A stretch of DNA of 13,048 nucleotides, taken from positions 1 through 13,048 of the forward strand of contig NW_021826385.1 in NCBI RefSeq assembly GCF_006345805.1, given 5' to 3'. A program made the position numbers and the translations under genes. Each line of letters begins with the position of its first letter. Within the stretch, counting starts at the first letter, position 1. The stretch is from Octopus sinensis (taxonomy: Eukaryota). The notes beneath the pieces were generated by a model. The model had not been told where the DNA came from. It saw only the letters and a list, made by a program, of their open reading frames with translations, and did no database searches. Positions 1-9,490 of this stretch are shown here, in pieces.

Positions 1-86
1 CATCAAAAGACTAAACCCAGTAAAATCATGTTTAAAGACTTAATGACTTCAAATTTAAGGTAATGCATTACTAACCACAAGATAAT

Positions 87-321
87 TATTTCTTTATTAC
101 CCACAAGGGGCTAAACATAGAAGGGACAAACAAGGACAGACAAAGAGATTAAGTCAATTGCAGTGACCCCAGTGCATAACTGGTACTTAATTTATCGACC
201 CTGAAATGATGAAAGGCAAAGTTGACCTCGGCAGAATTTGGACTCAGAACGTAATGGCAGATGAAATACAGCTAAGCATTTTGCCCGGTGTGCTAACATT
301 TCTGCCAGCTCACCGCCCTCA
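87..321 (-). mobile_element. tRNA-derived SINE (family B), apparently full length, with 17-bp target-site duplication
   Basis: The minus strand begins GGCGGTGAGCTGGCAGAAATGTTAGC (A-box-like) and has GAGTCCAAATTC (B-box-like), then a GCCTTTCATCATTTCAGGGTCGATAAATTAAGTACCAG core and an A/T-rich end. Flanked by actaaccacaagataat (70-86) and actaaccgcaagataat (322-338), 16/17 identical. Confidence 0.85.
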
Positions 322-878
322 ACTAACCGCAAGATAATGAGCTCAAAACTTCGTATTGAACTTCCACTCCGTACAATAAGATTATATGTACACACACACA
401 CTCACAGGTATGTCTGTGGTAAGTTGAGCTACTAGAAATAGCAACCAAATCTCTCTTAAAACACACCCTTTCATCAAAAGAAAGACACAGATTTACAGTA
501 TTTCAGGAAGGAAAAATTATGCGATGAGTCTGCTAGATCAGAGACAACATTGGGCTAAGCAGAACACAGACAAACATACTTTACATTGAAAGATAATCTA
601 CTAAATAATACGAATAAAGTTGACAGTATATCTCCAAAGTGTCATTCCCTGGTAAAACTCATTATACGCTAAGACATAAAGTGTTGCTTCCCTTAGCTAA
701 AGACCTCAAAATTGTACAACCTGACCTCATTTCCAAGGTTCTTTTTGTAGTAAAAATAGGTTTTTGTGTAAAAAGAACATACTTTATTCAGTAACTCTGA
801 ATCTTTTGATATCATACATCAAAATCAGCAACTCAGTTTTTGAGTCCATAAGGAACATATGCATGCATGCGGGCCACA

Positions 879-880
<2 letters not shown>

Positions 881-912
<32 letters not shown>
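881..912. repeat. (AC)16 microsatellite
   Basis: Perfect AC run read directly. Confidence 0.95.
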
Positions 913-915
<3 letters not shown>

Positions 916-948
916 TGCACAAACTCTGTTTTATATATTAAGAAGTAC

Positions 949-1050
949 ATATATATATATATATATATATATACACAAAAAAATATATATACTCATATAT
1001 TTATATATATCTTTATATACATATATATTACTGAATATATATATATTATA
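949..1050. repeat. (AT)n and degenerate AT low-complexity tract
   Basis: Perfect AT run at 949-973 followed by interrupted AT repeats. Confidence 0.9.
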
Positions 1051-1054
1051 TGTT

Positions 1055-1214
1055 TGTCATTCTACGGGGTAGCTGGAGTTAGGAAGGGCATCCAGCCATA
1101 AAAACCCTACAAAAAAAACACACAGCAACCTGGTTTAGTCTTCTACCTGGCAAGCTCCTGTGAAACCATCCAGCCCACGGAAGATGAATGTTAAATGATG
1201 ATGATGATGATGAT
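1055..1214 (+). mobile_element. 3' portion of a SINE-like retroposon (family C) ending in a (GAT)n tail
   Basis: GTTAGGAAGGGCATCCAGCCATAAAAACC ... AAACCATCCAGCCCA ... GTTAAA followed by (ATG)6 at 1195-1212. A simple-repeat tail is typical of non-LTR retroposon 3' ends. Family recognised from memory only; 5' boundary approximate. Confidence 0.6.
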
Positions 1215-1217
1215 ATA

Positions 1218-1694
1218 TATGTATGTATGTATCTATGTATGTGTGTATATGTATGTATGTATGTGTGTGTATGTATGTATGTATATGTGCGTGTATATAT
1301 GTATTTATGTATGTATGTATGTATGTATGTATGTATGTATGTATGTATGTATGTATGTATGTATACCATGTATGTAGTATGTATGTATACATGTATGTAT
1401 GTATGTATGTGTGTATGTATGTATGTATGTATGTATGTATGATGTATGTATGTATGTATGTATGTATGTATGTATGTTATACATGTATGTATGTATAGGT
1501 TATGTATGTATGTATGTATGTATTATGTATGTGTGTATGTATGTATGTATGTATGTATGTATGGTATGTATGTATGTATGTATGTATGTATGTATGTATT
1601 GTGTATGTATGTATTATGTATGTAGTGTGTATGTGTGTATGTATACATGTATGTATGTATGTATGTATATTATGTATGTATGTTGCATGCATCC

Positions 1695-1725
<31 letters not shown>

Positions 1726-3922
1726 TGTATGTATGCATGCATCCATGTATGTATGTATGTATGTGTGTATGTATGTATGTGTGTATGTATGTATGATGTA
1801 TATGTATGTATACATGTATGTATGTATGTATGTATGTATGTATGTATGTAGCATGCATCCATGTATGTATGTATGTATGTATGTAGTATGTATGTATGCA
1901 TGCATCCATGTTGTATGTATGTATGTATGTGTGTATGTATTATGTGTGTATGTATGTATGCATGTATGTATGTATGTATGCATGTAGTATGTATTATCGT
2001 ATGTATGTATGTATGTATGTATGTATGTATGTATGTATGTATGTTGTGTATGTAGTATGTATGTATGTATGTATGTATGTATGTATGTTGTAGTATGTAT
2101 TATGTATGTATGTATGTATGTATGTATGGTATGTATGTATTGTGTTGTATGTAGGTATGTATGTATGTATGTATGTATGTATGTATGTGTTGTTATGTAT
2201 TTATGTATGTATGTATGTATGTATGTATGTATGTATGTATGTATGCATGCATGAATGTATGTATGTATGTATGTATGTAGTATGTATGTATGTATGTATG
2301 TATTATGTGTTATGTATGTATGTATGTATGTATTTATGTATGTATGTATGTATGTATGTATGTATGTATGTATGTATGTATGTATGTATGTATGTTGTTG
2401 TATGTATGTATGTGTGTGTGTATGTATGTATGTATGTATGTATGTATGTATGTATGTATGTATGTATGTATTATGCATGTATGTATGTATGTATGTATGT
2501 ATGTATTATGTATGTCTGTATGTATGTATGTATGTATTGTGTGTGTATGTATGTATGTAATGTATGTATGTATGTCTGTATGTATGTATGTATGTATGTA
2601 TGTATGTATGTATGTATGTATGTATTTATGTATGTATGTATGTATGTATGTATGGTATGTTGTATGTAGTATGTATGTATGTATGTATGTATGTATGTAT
2701 GTATGTGTGTATGTCTGTATGTATGTATGTATGTGTGTATGTATGTAGTAGGTATGTAGGTATGTATGTATGTATGTAGTCATGTATGTGTGTATGTATG
2801 TATGTGTGTATGTATGTATGCATGTATGTCTGTATTTATGTATATGTGCGTGTATATATGTATTTATGTAGGTATGTATGTATGTAATGTCTGTATGTGT
2901 ATGTATGTATGTATGTATGTATGTATGTATGTATGTGTGTATGTATGTATGTATTATGTATGTATGTATGTATGTATGTATGTATGTGTGTATGATGTTG
3001 TATGTATGCATGGCGGGGGGTATGTATTTATGTATATGTGCGTGTATATATGTATTTATGTATGTATGTATGTATGTATGGTATGTATGTATGTATGTGT
3101 GTATGTATGTATGTATGTATGTATGTATGTATGTATGTATGTATGTATACATGTATGTATGTATGTATGTATACATGTATGTATGTATGTATGTGTGTAT
3201 GTATGTATGTATGTATGTATGTATGTATGTGTGTATGTATGTATGTATATGTGCGTGTATTATGTATTTATGTATGTATGTATGTATGTATGTTGTATGT
3301 ATGTATGTATGTATGTATGTATGTATGTATGTATGTTGTTATGTATGTATGTATGTATGTAGTGGTATGTATGTGTGTATGTAGATGTATGTATGTATGT
3401 GTGTGTATGTATGTATGTAGTGTATGTATGTATGTATGTATGTATGTATGTATGTATGTGTGTATGTATTATGTTATGTATGTATGTATGTATGTATGTG
3501 TGGTATGTATGTATGTGTGTAGTATGTAGTGTTGTATGTATGTATGTATGTATGTATTATGTATGTATGTATGTATGTATGTATGTATGTATGTATGTTT
3601 ATGTATGTATTATGTATGTATGTGTGTATGTATGTATGTATGTGTTATGTATGTATGTATGTATGTTATGTATGTGTGTATGTATGTATGTATGATGTAT
3701 GTGTGTATGTATGTATGTATGTATGTAGATGTATGTATGTATGTATGGTTATGTCTGTATGTATGTTGTAGTATGTATGTCTGTATGTATGTATGTATGT
3801 CGTGTGTATGTTATGTATGTATGTATGTCTGTATGTATGTATGTATGTATGTATGTATGTATGTGTGTATGTCTGTTAGTGTGTTGTATGCATGTATGTA
3901 TGTATGTATGTATATGTGCGTG

Positions 3923-3956
<34 letters not shown>

Positions 3957-6138
3957 TGTATGTATGTATGTGTGTATGTATGTATGTATGTATGTATGTA
4001 TTATACATGTATGTATGTATGTATGTAGTAACATGTATGTATGTATTTATGTGTGTATGTATGAGTATGTATGTATGTATGTATGTGTGTATGTATGTAT
4101 GTATGTATGTATGTATGTATGGTGTATGTATGTATGTATGTATGTATGTATGTATGTATGTATGTATGTATGTATGTATGTATGTGTGTATGTATGTATG
4201 TGTGTATGTATGTATGCATGTATGTATGTATTTATTAGTATGTGCGTGTATATATGTATTTATGTATGTATGTATGTATGTATTATGTATGTATGTATGT
4301 ATGGTGGTATGTGTGTATGTATGTATGTATGTGTGTATGTATGTATGTGGTATGTATGTATGTATGTATGTATGTATGTATGTATGTGTGTATGTATGTA
4401 TGTGTGTATGTATGTATGCATGTATGTATGTATTTATGTATATGTGCGTGTATATATGTATTTATGTAGTAGTATGTATGTATGTATGTATGTATGTATG
4501 TATGTGTGTATGTATGTATGTATGTATGTATGTATGTATGTATGTATGTATACATGTATGTATGTATGTATGTATACATGTATGTATGTATGTATGTGTG
4601 TATGTATGTATGTATGTATGTATGTATGTATGTGTGTATGTATGTGTGTATATGTGCGTGTATATATGTATTTATGTATGTATGTATGTATGTATGTTTG
4701 TATGTATGTATGTATGTATGTATGTATGTATGTATGTATGTATGTATGTATGTATGTATGTATGTATGTATGTATGTATGTATGTGTGTATGTATGTATG
4801 TATGTATGTATGTATTGTGTATGTATGTATGTATGTATGTATGTATGTATGTATGTATGTATGTATGTATGTATGTGTGTATGTGTATGTATGTATGTAT
4901 GTATGTATGTGTGTATGTATGTATGTATGTTATGTATGTATGTATGTATGTATGTAGTATGTATGTGTGTATGTATGTATGTATGTATGTATGTATGTAT
5001 GTATGTATGTATGTATGTATGTATGTATGTGTGTATGTATGTATTATGTATGTATGTATGTATGTATGTGTGTATGTATGTATGTATGTATGTATGTATG
5101 TATGTATGTATGTATGTATGTATGTATGTATGTATGTGTGTATGTATGTATGTATGTATGTATGTATGTATGTATGTATGTATGCATGCATGAATGTATG
5201 TATGTATGTATGTAAGTATGTATGTATGTATGTATGTATGCATGCTGTATGTATGTATGTATGTATGTATGTATGTATGTATGTATGTATGTATGTATGT
5301 ATGTATGTATGTATGTATGTGTGTATGTATGTATGTATGTATGTGTATGTATGTTGTATGTATGTATCATGCATGAATGTATGTATGTATGTATGTAGTA
5401 TGCATGCATGAATGTATGTATGTATGTATGTATGTATGTATGTATGTATGTATGTAGTATGTATGTCTGTATGTATGCATGCATAATGTATGTATGTCTG
5501 TATGTAGTATGTATGTATTATGTATGTATGCATGCATGTATGTATGTATGTATGTATGTATGTATGTATGTATGTATGTATGTATGTATGTGTGTATGTA
5601 TGTATGTATGTATGTATGTATGTATGTATGTATGCATGCATGCATGCATGTATGTATGTTATGTATGTATGTATGTATGTATGTATGTAGTAGTATATAT
5701 GTATGTATTATGTATGTATGCATGCATGCATGCATGTATGTATGTATGTATGTATGTATGTATGTATGTATGTATGTATGTATGTATGTATGTATGCATG
5801 CATGCATGCCTGTATGTATGTATGTATGTATGTATGTATGTATGTAGTATGTATGTATGTCTGTATGTATGTATTATGTTGTATGTATGTATGTATGATG
5901 CATGCATGCATGCATGTATGTGTGTGTGTATGTATGTATGTATGTATGTATGTATGTATGTATGTATGCATGCATGCATGTATGTATGTATGTATGTATG
6001 TATGTATGTATGTATGTATGTATGTATGTATGTATATATGTATGTATGTATGTATGTATTTATGTATGTGTGTATATGTATGTATGTATGTGTGTGTGTG
6101 TATGTATGTATGTATTTATGTATGTATGTATGTTTGTA
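1218..6138. repeat. Giant (TATG)n tetranucleotide array (~4.9 kb) with variant units (TGTG, CATG, TTTA, TCTG, TACA)
   Basis: Continuous TATG units with interspersed variants and many single-base-deletion units. It is the source of all MYVC/HTYI ORFs. Confidence 0.98.
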
Positions 6139-6234
6139 TATCTTGTTGAGAGTAAGTGCTTTGTGTTTTTAATGAAATAAGAAGTAGGAGATAAGTCATT
6201 TTCTTATATATATATATGTGTATTATCATTACTA

Positions 6235-6304
6235 TTGTTGTTGCTGTTGTTGTTGCTGCTGCTCTTGTTGTTGTTGCTGCTCTTGTTGTTGCTGTTGTTG
6301 TTGC

Positions 6305-6347
<43 letters not shown>
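6235..6347. repeat. (GTT/GCT)n trinucleotide repeat
   Basis: Mixed GTT/GCT/CTT units becoming pure (GTT)n at the 3' end. Confidence 0.95.
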
Positions 6348-6549
6348 AGAGAGTAAAACTAATTAGTCAGGTCACAATGGACCCAGAGAAATGTACAGGG
6401 AAAACAAACAAACAACTGAAAGTCTGTAGTGAATGGAAGCTTGCATTGTCTTTTTGTTATTACAAACATGTATGTGTTACACTGGTTCTGTATGTCATGT
6501 CAGAATATTCTTGGTGACATATATAGCCTTTTCCATGTGTGTGAGCTTG

Positions 6550-6600
6550 GGTGTGTGGGTGCATGTGCATGTGTGTGAGTGTGTGTGTGTGTGTGTGTGC
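6550..6600. repeat. Degenerate (GT)n
   Basis: GT-rich tract ending in a perfect (GT)n run. Confidence 0.85.
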
Positions 6601-6652
6601 ACACACGCATGCTAGCATGAAGCAACTGTTCTTGACAAAAAAAAAATTCATT

Positions 6653-6747
6653 GGTTGCAGGTGTAGCTGTGTGGTAAGAAGTTTACTTCCCAACCCCATA
6701 GTACTAGGTTCAGTTTCACTGTGCATCACTTTTGGCAAGAGTCTTCA
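6653..6747 (+). mobile_element. Diverged 5' (tRNA-like) head of SINE family A
   Basis: GCAGGTGTAGCTGTGTGGTAAGAAGTTTACTTCCCAACC...GGTTCAGTTTCACTGTGCATCACTTTTGGCAAGAGTCTTC aligns to the head of the copy at 10261-10355. Truncated by a TA microsatellite. Confidence 0.8.
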
Positions 6748-6748
6748 T

Positions 6749-6758
<10 letters not shown>

Positions 6759-6796
<38 letters not shown>
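6759..6796. repeat. (TA)n left flank of the palindromic element
   Basis: Perfect TA run. Confidence 0.95.
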
Positions 6797-6800
<4 letters not shown>

Positions 6801-6824
6801 ATTTAAAGCAGCAGAAAATTCAAC

Positions 6825-6871
6825 AAAATCTGTTACTCTGAGTTTCTCATTGCCGTTCATCAGACAGTTTT
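6825..6871 (-). ncRNA. Minimal type I hammerhead ribozyme motif (minus-strand copy)
   Basis: Minus strand reads AAAACUGU CUGAUGA A-CG-GCAA-UG-A GAAA CUCAGAG UA / ACAGAUUUU. Core CUGAUGA and GAAA are intact, helix I is CUGU:ACAG plus AAAA:UUUU, helix II is short with a GCAA tetraloop, helix III is near-palindromic (ACUC-A-GAGU), and the cleavage triplet is GUA (predicted cut between 6834 and 6833). Confidence 0.75.
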
Positions 6872-6879
6872 TGCTAGAA

Positions 6880-6926
6880 AAAACTATCTGATGAACGGCA
6901 ACGAGAAACTCAGAGTAACAGATTTT
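6880..6926 (+). ncRNA. Minimal type I hammerhead ribozyme motif (plus-strand copy, one helix I mismatch)
   Basis: AAAACUAU CUGAUGA(6888-6894) A-CG-GCAA-CG-A GAAA(6905-6908) CUCAGAG UA / ACAGAUUUU. GUA at 6915-6917. A6886 breaks one helix I pair. Confidence 0.7.
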
Positions 6927-7023
6927 GTTGAATTTTCTGCTGCTTAAAATAAAGCATATTACTCTACCACTGGTATTTGAGTACTCTTTTTCCCACCTTG
7001 TTTCACATTTATGTGTTTACTCC

Positions 7024-7025
<2 letters not shown>

Positions 7026-7080
<55 letters not shown>
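7026..7080. repeat. (TA)n right flank of the palindromic element
   Basis: Perfect TA run. Confidence 0.95.
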
Positions 7081-7086
<6 letters not shown>

Positions 7087-7094
7087 AAAGGTAT

Positions 7095-7252
7095 TTTTTA
7101 CTTGTTTCAGTCATTTGACTGTGGCCGCTGGAGCTATGCATTCAGTCAACAAATCAACCCCAGGACTTATATTTTGTAAGCCTAGTACTTATTCTATTGG
7201 TGTCTTTTGCTGAACCACTAAGTTATAGGGACATAAACACACCAACATCAGT
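7095..7252 (-). mobile_element. 3' half of SINE family A
   Basis: TTTACTTGTTTCAGTCATTTGACTGTGGCC...GTAAGCCTAGTACTTATTCTAT...TGCTGAACCACTAAGTTAT matches 9043-9200. Confidence 0.9.
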
Positions 7253-7365
7253 ATTTTGCATTCCATTAATTAATAAGTTTTAAAAAAAACATATAATAAA
7301 TGGGAAACAGACACAGAAGGACACCAAATCCTCATCAGTTATTGACCAGAAGGTCAAACGCAATG

Positions 7366-7565
7366 TATACACACATATATATATATGTGTGTGTGTGTAT
7401 GTATATGTGTGCGTATGTGTGTGTGTGTATATGTGTGCGTATGTGTGTGTATGTATATGTGTGCATATGTGTGTGTGTGTTTATATATATATATATTTAT
7501 ATATATATATGTATATATATAGATAGATTATATATGCATATATATATATATATACATGTGTATAT
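7366..7565. repeat. Compound (TA)/(TG) microsatellite
   Basis: Interleaved TA and TG dinucleotide runs. Confidence 0.9.
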
Positions 7566-7894
7566 TTAAAGAGCTAAAAACCACTATGTGGACAGCAATA
7601 TGCTAGAAGTAGATCACCTACGATCAAACTACAAAGAAAGAATGTTCTCTAGAGAAAAATTCAGCGGACACCAGACACACATATATATATACATATATAC
7701 ATGTGTGTGTGTGTGTGTGTGTATATATGGTGGTTGTTTGCTCCTTATGCAGAGTTTCACCACTTCCTGTACCTACACCTTATTACAATCATGGCATCTG
7801 ATGACTTTTCAACCCAGACAATGTTTTGAAAAGACACCCACATAGATTACATATCTGATTTGGACCACCAAGAGCTGCAGATCAGTCATATATA

Positions 7895-8160
7895 TGTGTG
7901 CGTCTGTAATGTGTCCCCCCTGCTATATGGCAACCAGTGTTGGTTTGTTTACATCCCCACAACATTGCAGTTGGGTAAAAGGGATTGATAGGATAAACAC
8001 CAGACTGAAAAGAAAAGAAAGAGAGAGAAAGAAAGAAAGAGAGAGAAAGAAAGAAAGAAAGAAAAGAAAAGAAAGTACATTTCAACTGAAGCCCTTCAAG
8101 GTGATGCCCCAGCATGACCGTAGACCAATGATGACCGAAACAAGTAAAAACAATAAAAAG
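7895..8160 (+). mobile_element. Diverged 3' half of a SINE family A relative with an internal (GAAA/GA)n expansion
   Basis: CAACCAGTGTTGGTTTGTTTACATCCCCACAAC and AAGGTGATGCCCCAGCATGACCGTAG...GACCGAAACAAGTAAAA align to 10480-10640. Purine repeat at 8008-8074. Confidence 0.7.
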
Positions 8161-8353
8161 ACTAACGAGGTGAATGAATATTTGGTAAAACAAGTGAAGA
8201 CATCAACGGTGACAGGCTCTGCTGTCGCTGTGTGGTGGAAAAAAACCCCCAAAAAACAAAAAAAAAAAAACGATGAAGTGGTCTCTATGTCTGTCTCGCA
8301 TCAGATGATGTTTTCCTGTCTTGAATGCTTTAAACCAAAATGAAAAATGGCAA

Positions 8354-8548
8354 TTTATTTATTTATTTATTTATTTATTTATTTTTCCCTTTTTGTTTTA
8401 TTTATGTATTTTACATTTTTTTTAATTTTCTTTATTTATTTATTTTTATCTTTATTTCTATCTATTTATTTATTTTTTTATTTTATTTATATATTTTTCA
8501 TTTTTTTAAATTTTATATATTTATTACGTTTTTTATTTTGTTTCTTTC
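8354..8548. repeat. (TTTA)n and T-rich low-complexity tract
   Basis: (TTTA)n start decaying into T-rich sequence. Confidence 0.9.
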
Positions 8549-8857
8549 ATATCATCAGCATTGCAAAGGTGAGTCATGAAATATGAATCAAGTGGATATA
8601 ATTGATTGGTCAAATTAGACCAAGGAATAAATTTGTTTGTTTTGTGGATTTATTTTGTTTTGTTTCTTTTTTGTTTCTTGGCTCGTTAAAGAAATGAGAA
8701 ATATAAACATCATACCCCTGGGGGATTTTTTTTTTTGTTTTGTTTCATTTGCAACATTTTTTTTTTTTTGTCAGATGTGCCTAGAATTTTGGTCAGTGAA
8801 CAAGATTGGATGTTTGAGTTGTGATGTAATGAGCAGAATTATCCTGCAGCAGATACT

Positions 8858-9030
8858 CACACATGCGCACACGCACTCATACACACATATGCACACACAC
8901 ACACACACATACACCCACACACAAGCACACACACACACACACGCACACACATTCATACATGTACACACATAACACATACATCCACACACAAATACACGCA
9001 CAGAAACTACAAATGTGCATGCACACACAT
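8858..9030. repeat. Degenerate (CA)n
   Basis: Interrupted CA repeats. Confidence 0.9.
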
Positions 9031-9254
9031 ACTCTTTTACTCTTTACTTGTTTCAGTCATTTGACTGTGGCCATGCTGGAGCACTGCCTTTAGTCAATCA
9101 AATCGACCTCAGGACTTATTCTTTGTAAGCCTAGTACTTATTCTATAAGTCTCTTTTGCTGAACCGCTAAGTTATGGGGATGTAACACAACAACATCGGT
9201 TGTCAAGCGATGTTGGCCAGGGACAAACACAGACACACAAACATACACACACAT

Positions 9255-9325
<71 letters not shown>

Positions 9326-9490
9326 CGACAGGTTTCTTCTCAGCTTCCGTCTACCAAATCCACTCACAAGGCTTTGGTCGGCTCAAGGATATAGCAGAAG
9401 ACACTTGCCCAAGGTGCCACGCAGTGGGACTGAACCCGGAACCATGTGGTTTGTAAGCAAGCTGCTTACCACGTGGCCACTCCTACACCT
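9031..9490 (-). mobile_element. Full-length tRNA-derived SINE family A with internal TA/TG microsatellite
   Basis: Minus strand: head AGGTGTAGGAGTGGCCACGTGGTAAG, B box GGTTCAGTCCC, internal microsatellite at ~9225-9326, body, stem-loop CAGTC-AAAT-GACTG and a GTAAA(A)GA-type tail. Confidence 0.93.

Larger units (their letters stand above)
6799..6952. repeat. 154-bp near-perfect palindrome centred on CTAG (6874-6877)
   Basis: Checked base by base: 73 of 77 positions pair. Mismatches at 6805/6946, 6849/6902, 6865/6886 and 6873/6878. Confidence 0.97.
6797..7025. mobile_element. Short non-autonomous element, probably derived from a Penelope-like element (inverted pseudo-LTR), inserted in (TA)n
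   Basis: 229 bp of complex sequence between two (TA)n runs. Contains a 154-bp palindrome (6799-6952) with hammerhead motifs, AATAAA at 6948-6953 and a 73-bp unpaired extension. The PLE assignment is inferred from the ribozyme type and inverted arrangement. Confidence 0.65.

Noticed and set aside
406-560. Possible further repeat fragment (CTAGAAATAGCAACCAAATCTC), loosely similar to 7575-7620
   Set aside because: Similarity is too short to support or classify without a repeat library.
1282-4676. Recurring ~30-bp motif with spacers, superficially CRISPR-like
   Set aside because: The spacers are TATG repeat of irregular length, the context is eukaryotic and there are no cas genes.
764-6180. Dozens of long ORFs (MYVC..., HTYI..., up to 473 aa)
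   Set aside because: Translations of TATG/CATA and dinucleotide repeats, which lack stop codons in most frames; no protein-like complexity.
6235-6347. Possible polyglutamine exon on the minus strand (CAA/CAG)
   Set aside because: No ORF of 60 aa or more spans it and no coding-like flanks; simple trinucleotide repeat.
7310-7345. Minus-strand CUGAUGA-GGA...UCC, possible third hammerhead
   Set aside because: The putative helix II is followed by UUCU rather than GAAA, and there is no helix III or NUH site.
7798-7835. CUGAUGA followed by a CTTTTCAA...TTGAAAAG hairpin
   Set aside because: The GAAA lies inside the stem and no GAAA-helix III-NUH follows, so it lacks hammerhead topology.
7894-8343. 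149-aa Lys/Arg-rich ORF
   Set aside because: Composed of a SINE fragment, a (GAAA)n tract and poly-A runs.
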